DNA from: an uncultured Acidobacteriota bacterium
GTDB lineage: Bacteria; Acidobacteriota; Thermoanaerobaculia; Multivoradales; UBA5704
NCBI GenBank assembly: GCA_963700145.1
Contig: OY969474.1
Span: forward strand, 3,072,001-3,136,000
Direction: 5' to 3'
DNA length: 64,000 nt
In this document: one piece after another, positions 1-9,620 of the stretch
Numbering within the stretch: position 1 is the stretch's first letter
Layout of the letters: each line of letters opens with the position of its first letter
The notes under the pieces: model-generated
Told to the model about the DNA's origin: nothing
Seen by the model: only the letters and a program-made list of their open reading frames with translations
Databases searched by the model: none
Position numbers and translations under genes: made by a program

Positions 1-76
1 GCGCGCGTGCCGAGCTGTGTGCCGCGCCCGAGCCGCTGCGCCTCTACGCCGACCCGGCGCGCTGGCGGAGCGCGGG

Positions 77-1132
77 ATGAGGTGGCGCGCCGGCAGGCTC
101 GTGCTGCTCGCTCTCCTCGTCGTGGTCCTGGCCGGCTTTGCCGTCCTCATCGTTCAGGATCACCGGGACGTCGCGCGGCGGGCACGGGAGGAGGAGGCCC
201 TACAGTCGGCGCTGCGCGCCGAGCGGCAGCAGGTCTTCGCCCGCGGCTGGTTCGACCCGGTCCTCGAGCTCTGCCGCGCCGGCTGGCGCGACGCGCTGAG
301 CTTCCACCACGAGCCTTCGGCCCTCGCCTGGACGCGCCGCAGCCTCGACGGCTACTTCCTCGATGGGAACGACGTCCGCTCGTGGCGCCAGCTCCGCTGC
401 GACGCGGACGGCGTGCGGCGCGGCCCGCGCGTGGCGCATCCCCTGCTCACGCCCCTCGCCGAGGCTACCCCCGAGGCGGGGTCGGAGTCCGCCGCCGCCG
501 ACGAGGAGGCTTGGCAGCTCGCGCTCCGCCAGCTCTCCACCGCGCCGCGCGGCGCGCAGGAGCACGGCGTCGAGGTGGCGCGGCATCCGTTGACCGGCGC
601 CGTGCTCGTCCGTCGCTGGCGCGGCGTCGAGGGCGGCGCCGTCGCGGCGCTGGAGCCGGCGGGCGCATCGCCGTTCCCGTTGCTCATCGCCGAGCCGGAG
701 TTCCCCATGGCGCCCGGCGCGGCGCCGCCGCCCCTGCGTCCTCTCGCCAGGTACGACTGGCTCGCGCAGCCCGACGCCGCCTTCGACCTCGTCGAGAGGT
801 CGCTGCCCGCAGGCGCCCGGATCGTCGAGCTGACCCTGAGCGCCGACGAGATTGACCTGAGCGTCGAGTCGCCGACGCCGGCCTTCGACGGCGATCCACC
901 GGCGCCCTACGGCGACATGGAGCTCGACGAGTACGGTATCGCCGACTCGAGCTGGTGGTATCCGCGGACGGACCCGGGGTTCGGCTGCCGCACCGGGGCG
1001 CCGCTGGCGGCGGTGCGCGCGGCGTACGCGAGAGCCCGCCGCCGGACGCCCGGCACCATCTACCGGGCCTGGTACTCGTGCAGCCCCGCCTACAGCAACG
1101 GAAGCCGCGGCGCCTGGCACCTGGTGGACTGA
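77..1132 (+). CDS. hypothetical membrane-anchored protein
   Basis: ATG at 77 in the 17..1132 frame. N-terminal hydrophobic segment (LVLLALLVVVLAGFAVLIV) and protein-like composition. No family recognised. Confidence 0.7.
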   Translation: MRWRAGRLVLLALLVVVLAGFAVLIVQDHRDVARRAREEEALQSALRAERQQVFARGWFDPVLELCRAGWRDALSFHHEPSALAWTRRSLDGYFLDGNDVRSWRQLRCDADGVRRGPRVAHPLLTPLAEATPEAGSESAAADEEAWQLALRQLSTAPRGAQEHGVEVARHPLTGAVLVRRWRGVEGGAVAALEPAGASPFPLLIAEPEFPMAPGAAPPPLRPLARYDWLAQPDAAFDLVERSLPAGARIVELTLSADEIDLSVESPTPAFDGDPPAPYGDMELDEYGIADSSWWYPRTDPGFGCRTGAPLAAVRAAYARARRRTPGTIYRAWYSCSPAYSNGSRGAWHLVD

Positions 1133-1142
1133 GACTGGAGAT

Positions 1143-2189
1143 CTAGGAGGCGCGCCGGCGGAAGCCGCGCGGGTCCCGCCCAAAGGCGCGGAGCTGGCCG
1201 CAGGCGGCGGAAACATCGTCGCCGCGGCGGCGGCGGACGGTGGCGATCAGGCCGCGCCGGCGCAACCGCTCCTGGAAGGCCTCGACCCGCTCCGGCGCGG
1301 GCGGCAGGAGCGCGGGGTCGAGCACCGGGTCCGGGTTCATCGGGATCAGGTTGACCTTGGCGCGGAAGCTGCCGATCAGGCGCGCCACGGCGTCGGCGTC
1401 CGCCGGCGCGTCGTTGAAGTCCTTGACCAGCAGGTACTCGAAGGTGAGCTTCCGCCCGCTCTCCAGCGGGTAGCGGCGCAGCGCTCCGAGCAGGTCGCGC
1501 AACGGCCAAGTGCGGTTGAGCGGCATCAGCCGGCTGCGGCGCTCGTCGTCCGGAGCGTGCAGCGAGACGGCGAGGTTCGGCCGCCGCTCCCAGAGCGCCA
1601 TCGCCTCGATCCCCGGCACGACGCCGGCGGTCGAGACGGTGATGCGGCGCAGCGAGATCGTGCGGCCCAGCAGCTCGAGCGCCTCGTGCACCGCCCCGAG
1701 GTTCAGCAGCGGCTCGCCCATCCCCATGAAGACCAGGTTGAGGCGGTCGCTCGCGTGCCCGCGGTCGCGCTGGATGGCGCGCACCTGGGCCACGATCTCC
1801 CCCGCCCCGAGGTCCCGCCCCGCGCCCCAGTAGCCGGTGACGCAGAAGGTGCAGGCCAGGGCGCAGCCGGCCTGGCTCGAGAGGCAGAGGGTGCGGCGCT
1901 CGCGGTCGGGGATGTCCACCGCCTCGACGGTGGCGCCGTCGGCGAGGCGCAGCAGGTACTTGCAGGTGGTGTCGCGCGACAGCTGGCGCGAGACGACCGC
2001 CGGCGGCGCGATCGCGAACCGGTCGGCGAGCCGGGCGCGCAGCTCCTTGGGCAGCTCGGTGATCTCCTCCCAGCCGCCGGCGCCGCGGACGTGCAGCGCC
2101 TCCCAGACCTGCGCCGCGCGGAACGGGCGGTCCACGTGCGGCGCCAGCACCGCGGCCAGCTCGGCGCGCGAGAGACGGAGGAGGTCCAT
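1143..2189 (-). CDS. rlmN: dual-specificity rRNA/tRNA m2A methyltransferase RlmN (radical SAM)
   Basis: CLSSQAGCALACTFC radical SAM motif, MGMGEPL and C-terminal AACGQL. Confidence 0.95.
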   Translation of the reverse strand: MDLLRLSRAELAAVLAPHVDRPFRAAQVWEALHVRGAGGWEEITELPKELRARLADRFAIAPPAVVSRQLSRDTTCKYLLRLADGATVEAVDIPDRERRTLCLSSQAGCALACTFCVTGYWGAGRDLGAGEIVAQVRAIQRDRGHASDRLNLVFMGMGEPLLNLGAVHEALELLGRTISLRRITVSTAGVVPGIEAMALWERRPNLAVSLHAPDDERRSRLMPLNRTWPLRDLLGALRRYPLESGRKLTFEYLLVKDFNDAPADADAVARLIGSFRAKVNLIPMNPDPVLDPALLPPAPERVEAFQERLRRRGLIATVRRRRGDDVSAACGQLRAFGRDPRGFRRRAS

Positions 2190-2194
2190 GACGG

Positions 2195-2524
2195 CTACAG
2201 CGTGCGGCGGGGTCGGCGGAGGCGGCGCGTGGGGTCGATGCCGATCGAGCGCAGGAAGGAGAGGTCGCGGCCGTCGATCTGGAAGTTGGGCTCGCCGCGG
2301 TGCGCGGCGCGATGGGCGGGGGCCGGGGTCTCGGCCGTGCCCTGCGGCGTCAGCGCCAGCGGCTCGCCGTCGGCGCCTTCGCGCTTGCAGTCCACGAGGA
2401 GGTAGAGCGAGTAGCCCTCCTCGCGGATCTTCCGCAGCGTGCGGCTCACCTCGCTCGACTCGGAGATCGCTTCCGAGAGAGCGCGCCGCAGGTCGCGGAG
2501 CATGTGATGCAGCTTGTCGTTCAG
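2195..2524 (-). CDS. small conserved hypothetical protein, probable CTG start
   Basis: ORF 2195..2503 extends in frame to CTG at 2524, 6 nt after AGGAGG, giving MNDKLHHMLRDL... C-terminus is DLSFLRSIGIDP. Confidence 0.7.
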   Translation of the reverse strand: MNDKLHHMLRDLRRALSEAISESSEVSRTLRKIREEGYSLYLLVDCKREGADGEPLALTPQGTAETPAPAHRAAHRGEPNFQIDGRDLSFLRSIGIDPTRRLRRPRRTL

Positions 2525-2563
2525 GCGACGCCTCCTACCACGTGCGAGCGGTCGACGCGGGCG

Positions 2564-2592
2564 ATTATGGCCAAGGGTCCAGGGGGTGTCAA
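2564..2592 (-). promoter_or_regulatory. sigma70-type promoter upstream of the hypothetical-rlmN unit
   Basis: Minus strand TTGACA (2592-2587), 17-nt spacer, CATAAT. Confidence 0.7.
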
Positions 2593-2666
2593 ACCACGCG
2601 CAACCCCCGGAACAAAGGCGTTTTCACGGGCATTTTGGGTGCTAGCCTTGCGCGTTTCCGCGCCGC

Positions 2667-3653
2667 ATGGACGAGACCGCGAGCCCTCCCTTTGACCCGG
2701 CCCTGGCGGCCTGGATCGCGACGCTCGGCGAGCGCCTCGACGCCGCCGCGCCGCTCCCCGGCGACGTCTCGCCGCGCCGCTACACGCGCCTTAGGCTGGC
2801 GTCCGGCCGCAACGCCATCCTCGCCAGCTATCCCGACGAGGTGCGGGCCACCCTGCCGCGCTTCGCCGCCACGTCGCGGCTCCTCGCCGGCGCCCGCGTG
2901 CGCGTGCCGCGCGTCCTCGCCGTCGCCGAGGAGCGGGGGTGGATGCTGCTCGAAGACCTCGGCCCGGCGACCCTCGCCGATTGGCGCGGCCGGCCCTGGA
3001 GCGAGCTCGGGCGCTGGTTCGCGGAGGGGCGCGCCGCGGCAGCGCGGATCGCGGCGCTGCCGGCGGCGGAGGTGCGCGGCCTCAACCCGCCGCTCGGCCG
3101 CGAGCTCCTCGAGCGCGAGCTGGAGCAGACCTGGCGCCTCCACCTGGCGCCGCGCGGCCTGGCCGGCGACGCGGCGCTCGCCGATGAGCTCGAGCGGGCG
3201 CTGGCGGCGCTCTGCGCCGCGCTCGCCGCGGAGACGCCCGTCCCCTGCCACCGCGACTTCATGGCGCGCAACCTGATGCCGTTGCCGGCGGAGCCGAGCC
3301 TCGCGGTCCTCGACCACCAGGACCTGCGCCTGGGACCGCCGGCCTACGACCTCGCCTCGCTACTCAACGACACGCTCTTCCCGCCGCCGGAGCTGGAGGA
3401 GGAGTGGGTCGCCGCGGCGCTGCCTGATGCGGCGGGACGGTTGAGCTACCACCGCGCCGCCGCGCAGCGCACGCTCAAGGCGGTCGGCACCTACGTCGCC
3501 TTCGCCGAGCGCGGCGCGCCGCGCCACCTGCCGCTCGTGCCGCCGACCCTGGCCCGCGCCCTCGCCCACTTCGCGCACACCCCCGAGGGGGCGCCGCTCG
3601 CGCCGCGCCTGGCGCCGCTCTGGGCCCCGGCCGCGCCGGCGGCGGCCGGGTGA
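2667..3653 (+). CDS. aminoglycoside phosphotransferase family kinase (AmgK-like anomeric MurNAc/GlcNAc kinase)
   Basis: GDVSPRRY, LLEDLG, CHRDFMARNLM and LDHQD...GPPAYDLASLL motifs. Confidence 0.85.
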   Translation: MDETASPPFDPALAAWIATLGERLDAAAPLPGDVSPRRYTRLRLASGRNAILASYPDEVRATLPRFAATSRLLAGARVRVPRVLAVAEERGWMLLEDLGPATLADWRGRPWSELGRWFAEGRAAAARIAALPAAEVRGLNPPLGRELLERELEQTWRLHLAPRGLAGDAALADELERALAALCAALAAETPVPCHRDFMARNLMPLPAEPSLAVLDHQDLRLGPPAYDLASLLNDTLFPPPELEEEWVAAALPDAAGRLSYHRAAAQRTLKAVGTYVAFAERGAPRHLPLVPPTLARALAHFAHTPEGAPLAPRLAPLWAPAAPAAAG

Positions 3654-3694
3654 TCTGCTACACTGCGAAACTCACCAGCAGGAAGGAAACCCCT

Positions 3695-3874
3695 ATGCCG
3701 CACCTCGGCGTGACAGAGCTCATCATCCTGTTCCTGATCGTCATCGTGCTGTTCGGCGCCACCCGCCTGCCGCAGATCGGCCGCGGGCTGGGCGAAGGGA
3801 TCCGCAACTTCAAGAAGGGGGTGCGGACCGGCGACGAGGAGGACCGCGCCGCCGAGAAGGACGTCCGTCCCTAA
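3695..3874 (+). CDS. tatA: twin-arginine translocase TatA/TatE subunit
   Basis: TM helix followed by LFGATRLPQIGRGLGEGIRNFKKG. GGAAGGA upstream of ATG 3695. Confidence 0.93.
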   Translation: MPHLGVTELIILFLIVIVLFGATRLPQIGRGLGEGIRNFKKGVRTGDEEDRAAEKDVRP

Positions 3875-4659
3875 CGGAAGGCCGCCTTCGTCGCCGTGGT
3901 CACGCGCGACGGCAGGAACGGGTCCTCCGCCCGCATCACCGCCTCCTCCACCCGCCGCCGGCTCTCCTCGTAGCGTCCCATCACCCGCGCCACGTAGCGC
4001 CGCGTCTCGCGAAACGGCGGAATGCCGCCGTAGCGGGCCACAACCGCCGGGCCGGCGTTGTAGGCGGCGAGCGCCAGCGACAGGTCGCCGTCGTAGAGGT
4101 CGAGGAGCGAGGCGAGGTAGCGGCAGCCCGAGTCGAGGTTCTCGTGCGGGTCGTGGAGGTTGACGCGGCCGTAGCGCGCGGCGGTCGTGGGGAGCACCTG
4201 CATGAGACCGACGGCGCCGCGCGGCGAGACCGCGCGCGGCGAGAAGCGCGACTCCACCTTGACCACCGCCGCGACCAGTAGCGGGTCCAGACGGTGCCGC
4301 TCCGCGGCGGCGCCGATCGAGACGCCGTACGGGAGGTCCTCGAGGAGGCGGCGTTCCGCCCGCTCGGCGGCGTCCTCGACCGCGAAGAGCGCCATGCGCC
4401 GCGCCGGCGCGCCGAGCGCGACTGCCAGGTCGGCAGGTGTGACGACCGGGGTGGCGCGGCGCGCGCCGGCCGGGGCGAGCCAGCCGTCGAACGCGGCGAG
4501 CGAAGGCAGCGCCGGGCCGGACGCCAGGAAGGGCGGCTCGGGACGGCTGGATGGGGCGGGTTGAATGGCGAGAAGGAACAGCGGCGTGGCAACCATGGCC
4601 ACGCGCCCGAATGGCACGGGTCTTCCTGGCACGTTGTAGCCCTCCAAGGCGCAGGCCAC
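3871..4659 (-). CDS. soluble lytic transglycosylase (SLT domain)
   Basis: VKVESRFSPRAVSPRGAVGLMQV, ALAAYNAGP and ETRRYV. Start uncertain. Confidence 0.9.
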   Translation of the reverse strand: MACALEGYNVPGRPVPFGRVAMVATPLFLLAIQPAPSSRPEPPFLASGPALPSLAAFDGWLAPAGARRATPVVTPADLAVALGAPARRMALFAVEDAAERAERRLLEDLPYGVSIGAAAERHRLDPLLVAAVVKVESRFSPRAVSPRGAVGLMQVLPTTAARYGRVNLHDPHENLDSGCRYLASLLDLYDGDLSLALAAYNAGPAVVARYGGIPPFRETRRYVARVMGRYEESRRRVEEAVMRAEDPFLPSRVTTATKAAFR

Positions 4660-4726
4660 CCGGATGGCTGGGTGGTACAGAAACTCCTACTCGGAGAGCA
4701 GAGCGAAATCCGTGCCAGCGGAGACG

Positions 4727-5002
4727 CTAGATCAGGGTGCGGCGGCGCAGGCGGGCGCCGCGCGGGGGGCGCGGCAGGTCGTAGTCACGCTCCTCGATCC
4801 CGAGGTCGGTGACCTTGTTGCGCAGCGTGTTGCGGTGCACGCCGAGGCAGCGGGCGGAGCGGCAGAAGTTGCCGTCGTTCGAGCGCAGCGAGGCGACGAT
4901 GAACTGGCGCTCGAACTCGCGGCGCGCCTGCTCGAGGGTCACTCCACGGCGGACCAGCTCGTCCACGATCTGGTGCAAACGCCCGTTGAGTGTCTCGGCC
5001 AC
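4727..5002 (-). CDS. Fis-family helix-turn-helix protein
   Basis: FERQFIVASL...SARCLGVHRNTLRNKV. Confidence 0.85.
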   Translation of the reverse strand: MAETLNGRLHQIVDELVRRGVTLEQARREFERQFIVASLRSNDGNFCRSARCLGVHRNTLRNKVTDLGIEERDYDLPRPPRGARLRRRTLI

Positions 5003-5056
5003 GTCCGGTCCTCGTGGAAGAACGGCTGAAGGGAACCGGCAGAAGGTATCACAGGG

Positions 5057-6229
5057 CTACTTCGGCTCCAAGCGGTCGCCGGCGTAGATCGGGTAGCGCG
5101 ACTCGATGACCTTGGCCACCGAGCTGCGCGCGTGCACCGAGAGCACTGCCAGCTCGCCGATCACGATCGGCGGCATGCCGGAGATGCGGTTCATGCGGTA
5201 GATGGTGAAGACGTCCCCCGGCGTCAGGTCGGCGTCGCTGCCCCCTTCGATGAAGACCACGTGGTCCTGACCCAGCGAGTACACCTCGTCGTCGCCCATC
5301 AGCACGACGCGCGCGCCGGCCAGCTGCTCCTCCGAGCTCGGGTAGTTGATCGGACGCCCGGCGGTGCGCCGCCCGAGCGGCACCGGCTCCTCCTCGAACG
5401 GCATCAGCCGTGCGCCGACCAGGACCGCCGGGTCGCAGGTGTGGACGACCTCGGCGATCGCCGACTCCTCCTGGACGGACAGCACCCGCACTCTGCCGGT
5501 GTAGCGATAGAGGCGCCCCATCGTCGCGCGGCTCACCGGGTGCCGCACCGTCTCGGCGGGCAGCACGACGGTGAAGACCTCGCCGGGGCGCAGGCCGCCG
5601 GACCGCCCGCCGTCGAGGTAGACGACGTCGCCGGTCGAGAGGCCGTACTTGACCGAGCCGATCGGCCCGAAGGTGCCGACGCGCCGCGCCCGCTGGCCCC
5701 AGAGGTCGGGGTCGAGCGAGTCGTACTCGGAGCCGACGACGCTGTAGCGGAAGTCCTGGTCGAGCTCGCCGATGAAGCCGCTGCAGTAGATGTCGCTCTC
5801 GGAGCCGAGCGGCGCCGGCGCCGCGGCCGCCGCGCCGGCCGAGAGGACGCCGCTGTCGGCGGACTCCTCGGCGGCCTCCTCGACGAGCGGCTCGCCGAGC
5901 TCGGTCAGGTCCTGGACCGGCGAGACTTCGATGCCGAGGACCAGCGGGTCGCCCGGGTAGATCCAGTGCGCGTCGAGGATGTACTGGTTGCGCTCCCAGA
6001 GCTGCGGCCAGAGGTACGGGTCGCGGTAGAAGCGGGCGGCCAGGTCCCAGAGCGTGTCGCCGCGCTGGATGACGTGGACGTCTGGGCCCGGCTCGACCTG
6101 CGGCGGGTACCAGGCGGTCCAGTGGTCGCCGACCCAGTGCAGCTCCTCGGGCGGCCGGTCGGCCGCGGCCAGCGGCAGCGCGGCCAGAGTCGCGATGGCG
6201 AAGAGGACGACGGGGAACCGCGCGCTCAT
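5057..6229 (-). CDS. exported LysM peptidoglycan-binding protein
   Basis: Signal peptide and LysM HVIQRGDTLWDLAARFYRDPYLWPQLWERN...IYPGD. Confidence 0.9.
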   Translation of the reverse strand: MSARFPVVLFAIATLAALPLAAADRPPEELHWVGDHWTAWYPPQVEPGPDVHVIQRGDTLWDLAARFYRDPYLWPQLWERNQYILDAHWIYPGDPLVLGIEVSPVQDLTELGEPLVEEAAEESADSGVLSAGAAAAAPAPLGSESDIYCSGFIGELDQDFRYSVVGSEYDSLDPDLWGQRARRVGTFGPIGSVKYGLSTGDVVYLDGGRSGGLRPGEVFTVVLPAETVRHPVSRATMGRLYRYTGRVRVLSVQEESAIAEVVHTCDPAVLVGARLMPFEEEPVPLGRRTAGRPINYPSSEEQLAGARVVLMGDDEVYSLGQDHVVFIEGGSDADLTPGDVFTIYRMNRISGMPPIVIGELAVLSVHARSSVAKVIESRYPIYAGDRLEPK

Positions 6230-6310
6230 CGAGGTCCCTCCAATACGCGCACGGCGAGCACGGTGGATCGTGGCGAGCCGGACGCCTTATACGCAAGTCG
6301 CTATGGATGC

Positions 6311-6339
6311 ACGGTACAACCGCTGCCCGCTAGTGTCAA
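6311..6339 (-). promoter_or_regulatory. sigma70-type promoter for the LysM gene
   Basis: Minus strand TTGACA (6339-6334), 17-nt spacer, TACCGT. Confidence 0.6.
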
Positions 6340-6352
6340 CCTTTCGCGGCGA

Positions 6353-6375
6353 AAGTTCAAGTGCTACTTGAACTT
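6353..6375. promoter_or_regulatory. perfect AT-rich inverted repeat (putative operator or terminator)
   Basis: AAGTTCAAGT-GCT-ACTTGAACTT just upstream of the -35 element. Confidence 0.55.
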
Positions 6376-6405
6376 CGCTTCGCGGTGCGCGGCGGGTTGC
6401 CGGCG

Positions 6406-7302
6406 CTAGCGGAGCTTGGCCCGGCGCTCCTCGGCGACGGCCGCAGCGGCGGTGCCGGGGAAGCGCTTGAGGACCTCGGCGTAGGTGACGCGCGCCCCCT
6501 CGCGGTCGCCGAGCGCCTCGAGCGACTGGCCGGCCTTGAGCAGGGCGTCCGAGACCTTGTTGCCGTCGGGGTAGCGCTCGACGGTCTCGCGGAAGGCGGC
6601 GAGGGCGCCGCGGTGGTCGCCGCGGGCGTAGCGGCATTCGCCGATCCAGTACTGGGCGTTGTCGGCCAGCTCGCTCGCCGGGCTGCCCTGGAGGAAGCGC
6701 TGGAAGCTGGTCTCGGCGTCCACGAAGTGCCCCTGGTGGTAGAGCGCGTAGCCGCGGTCGTAGAGGGCCTGCGAGGCGGGGCCGGGCGCGCCTTCGACCG
6801 CGGGAGGCGGCGGCACGGCGGCCGGCGGGGCGGTGCGCACCGGCGGCGGCGCGGCCGTCGCGGGCGCGCGCACCGGAGCGTCCTCGACCTCGAGGTCGCT
6901 CTCCTCGAACTCCGGCACGCGCTGCGGCCGCACCGGCGCCGGCTCCTCGCCGATCTCCTCGGCCGGCGCGGGGGGCGTGACGCGGGCGCGCGGCTCCTCC
7001 GCGCGGACGGCGGGGCGCGCCGGGGCCGGGGCGGGCGCGGTCGTGCTCGGCGCCTGCCGCCGCACCGCCGGCTCGCCGCGGCGGACGCCCACCTGCGCCT
7101 CGAGCTCGGCCACCTGCTGACGCAGCCGCGCCAGCTCGACCTCCGAGACGGCGGCCTTCCGCTGCAGCTCGATCACCCGCGCCTTGAGCTCGCGGAGCTC
7201 CTGCGCGGTCGTGTCGTCGGCCGGGCGCACCGGCAGGCTCGCGCAGCCGGCGGCGAGGACGGTGGTGAGGACGAGGGCGGGGGCCAGCGCGGAGCGTCTC
7301 AT
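6406..7302 (-). CDS. cpoB: Tol-Pal associated TPR lipoprotein CpoB/YbgF
   Basis: Lipobox LAAGC, coiled coil, Pro-rich linker and TPR (ADNAQYWIGE...YPDGNKVSDALLK). Confidence 0.85.
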   Translation of the reverse strand: MRRSALAPALVLTTVLAAGCASLPVRPADDTTAQELRELKARVIELQRKAAVSEVELARLRQQVAELEAQVGVRRGEPAVRRQAPSTTAPAPAPARPAVRAEEPRARVTPPAPAEEIGEEPAPVRPQRVPEFEESDLEVEDAPVRAPATAAPPPVRTAPPAAVPPPPAVEGAPGPASQALYDRGYALYHQGHFVDAETSFQRFLQGSPASELADNAQYWIGECRYARGDHRGALAAFRETVERYPDGNKVSDALLKAGQSLEALGDREGARVTYAEVLKRFPGTAAAAVAEERRAKLR

Positions 7303-8081
7303 CAGCTCGCCTTCTGCGTCAGCTCGGGCACGCGGTCGTTGTAGGGGCTGTCGGGGAACTCGTTCTTCAGGCGCTCGAAGGTCTCGCGCGAGGCGTCCAG
7401 CTGATCGCTCTGCTGATACGCCAGGCCGAGGTGGTAGATCACCTTGTCGCGCTCCGGGTACTCGGGGTAGGTGTCGAGCAGGTAGCGGAAGCGCTCGACC
7501 GCCCCCACCGGCCGGCCGTAGCGGAGGTAGAAGCGGCCGACTACGAACTCGTGCTCGGCGAGGTTGGCGCGCACCACTTCGATCTGCTGCTTGGCCTGCG
7601 CCGCGTACTCGCTCGTCGGGTGGAGGCGGAGCACCTCCTGGTAGGCCTCCAGCGCCTTGCGCGTCACCGACTGGTCGCGGTCCGGCTTCTCCATCCTCTT
7701 GGCCAGGCTGTTGGCGATCTGGAACTGCACGTAGGCGGCCTGCTCGCTGGTCGGGAAGCGGTTCAGGTAGTCGCGGTACTTGGCCTCGGCCTGCACGAAG
7801 TTCGAGGAGCCGCCTTCGAGGTAGTAGGTGTCGGCGGCCAGCAGCAGCGCCGTGCGGCCGGCCACCGAGTTGGGCTCGGCCTCGAACGCGTGCTCGAAGT
7901 AGGGGCGGGCGCGGGCGTACTTCTCGCGCGCCAAGAGCTCCTTGCCGGTGGCCAGCGACTCATCGGCCGCGAGCCTCAGGATCGGGTCGTCGGCCGGCGC
8001 GCTCTTGCAGCCGGCGAGCGCGGCGAGCGCGGCGAAGGCGAGCGCCAGGAGCGCCGCCGCGGGGGTCAGGGTTCGTTTCAT
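7302..8081 (-). CDS. bamD: outer membrane protein assembly factor BamD
   Basis: Lipobox LAGC, DRDQSVTRKAL and LAEHEFVVGRFY. Confidence 0.9.
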   Translation of the reverse strand: MKRTLTPAAALLALAFAALAALAGCKSAPADDPILRLAADESLATGKELLAREKYARARPYFEHAFEAEPNSVAGRTALLLAADTYYLEGGSSNFVQAEAKYRDYLNRFPTSEQAAYVQFQIANSLAKRMEKPDRDQSVTRKALEAYQEVLRLHPTSEYAAQAKQQIEVVRANLAEHEFVVGRFYLRYGRPVGAVERFRYLLDTYPEYPERDKVIYHLGLAYQQSDQLDASRETFERLKNEFPDSPYNDRVPELTQKAS

Positions 8082-8740
8082 ACGGTCTCCGACCGGGCGC
8101 GCTGCCGCAGCTCGGTCATGGCTTGCAACGGATCCGGGGCGGCGAAGATGCCCGAGCCGACCACCGCCACCTCCACCCCGGCCGCGACGGCCTGCCGGAT
8201 GTTACCCCGGTCGAGCCCGCCGTCCATGGCGATCTCGACCCGGGCGGCCCGCGCCCGGGCGAGGGCGGCCAGGCGCCGCGCCTTGTCGAGAGCGTAGGGG
8301 AGGAAGGCCTGGCCGGCGAACCCGGGATTGACCGACATCAGGAGGACGAAGTCGAGGGCGGGCAGGACGTCGGCCAGGAGCTCGACCGGGGTCGCCGGGT
8401 TGAGCGCCACGCCGGCGCGCGCGCCGCCGTCCTTGATGCGCTGGAGCTGGCGGTCGAGGTGGGCCGTGGCCTCCCAGTGCACCGCCACCCGCGCCGCCCC
8501 GGCCGCGAGGTAGGCGTCGAGCAGCCGCTCGGGCTCCTCGACCATGAGGTGGACGTCGAGCGGCAGCCGGGTGCGACGGGCGAGCGCCTGAACGACCGGG
8601 ATCCCGAAGGTCAGGTTGGGGACGAAGCGGCCGTCCATGACGTCGACGTGCACGAGGTCGGCGCCCCCCTCTTCGCAGAGACGCAGGGCGCCGGCCAGGT
8701 CCGCCAAGTCGGCGGCGAGGATCGACGGCGCGAGCTGCAT
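8078..8740 (-). CDS. rpe: ribulose-phosphate 3-epimerase
   Basis: APSILAAD, HVDVMDGRFVPN, DVHLMV and MSVNPGF motifs. Confidence 0.96.
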   Translation of the reverse strand: MQLAPSILAADLADLAGALRLCEEGGADLVHVDVMDGRFVPNLTFGIPVVQALARRTRLPLDVHLMVEEPERLLDAYLAAGAARVAVHWEATAHLDRQLQRIKDGGARAGVALNPATPVELLADVLPALDFVLLMSVNPGFAGQAFLPYALDKARRLAALARARAARVEIAMDGGLDRGNIRQAVAAGVEVAVVGSGIFAAPDPLQAMTELRQRARSETV

Positions 8741-8743
8741 CGG

Positions 8744-9589
8744 CTACCGCGCTCCTTCGGGCTCGGCGGTGGTGCCAGTCGTCGCCGGCGACGGCGCCGC
8801 GCCGGGCGTCTCGGGCGGGAGCGGCCCCGCGTCGTCGAGCAGCCCGGCGGCGGTGGCGACGGTCAGCGATACCGCGTCGCGCCGGGTCAGCGGGTGCCCA
8901 GGCAGTGGAAACTGGCGGAGGACGGTCCCGGCCGCCACGCCTTCGTAGCGCTCGTAGCGCACGCTCCCCAGGCGGAACCCCTGGCGCGCGAAGAAGGGGG
9001 CGATCTCCTCGTAGCGGCGGTAGACCAGGTCGGGCATCAGGAACTGCTCGCCCGGCGACGGCAGGGCGAGGACGAGATCGACGCGGCTCTCCGGGCGCGC
9101 CGTCGCCGCCGGCGGCGGGTGCTGGGCGACGACGGTGCCGGGGGCGCGGCGCGCCTCGAAGGCGGCGACGGTGCGGCCGACGACGAGCCCGACGGCGTTC
9201 AGAGTGACCTGCGCCGCCGGCACGCCGCGGCCGGCCAGGGTCGGCACCTCGATCCGCTGTGGCCCCAGGGAGTAGGTGACCTCGACACCGCTGCCGCGCT
9301 TGACCCAGGTGTTGGGACCGGGGCTCTGCAGCAGCACGTACCCGACGGGCACCTCGCTGTCGTAGCGGCCGCTCCCTTCGCCGGCGCGCAGGCGGAGTCC
9401 CTGGTCGGCCAGGGTGCGCGCGGCGTCGGCGCGCGCCATGCCGCGCAGGCTCGGCACGCGCGTCGCGCCGCTGCGCACGAAGAGGCTGAACGAGATGTAG
9501 GCGGCGAGCAGGAAGACGGCCCCGACCACCGCCGCATAGGCCAGCAGGGCGAGGGCCCGCAGCAGCTTCCGCAGCACCCGAAGGAGCAT
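8744..9589 (-). CDS. PASTA domain-containing membrane protein
   Basis: TM segment plus three PASTA-like repeats (VPSLRG, VPTLAG, MPDLVY ... QxPxPG). Confidence 0.88.
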   Translation of the reverse strand: MLLRVLRKLLRALALLAYAAVVGAVFLLAAYISFSLFVRSGATRVPSLRGMARADAARTLADQGLRLRAGEGSGRYDSEVPVGYVLLQSPGPNTWVKRGSGVEVTYSLGPQRIEVPTLAGRGVPAAQVTLNAVGLVVGRTVAAFEARRAPGTVVAQHPPPAATARPESRVDLVLALPSPGEQFLMPDLVYRRYEEIAPFFARQGFRLGSVRYERYEGVAAGTVLRQFPLPGHPLTRRDAVSLTVATAAGLLDDAGPLPPETPGAAPSPATTGTTAEPEGAR

Positions 9590-9620
9590 AGCAGGCGGCG
9601 CTGGCTAGAATGCCCGCCCC

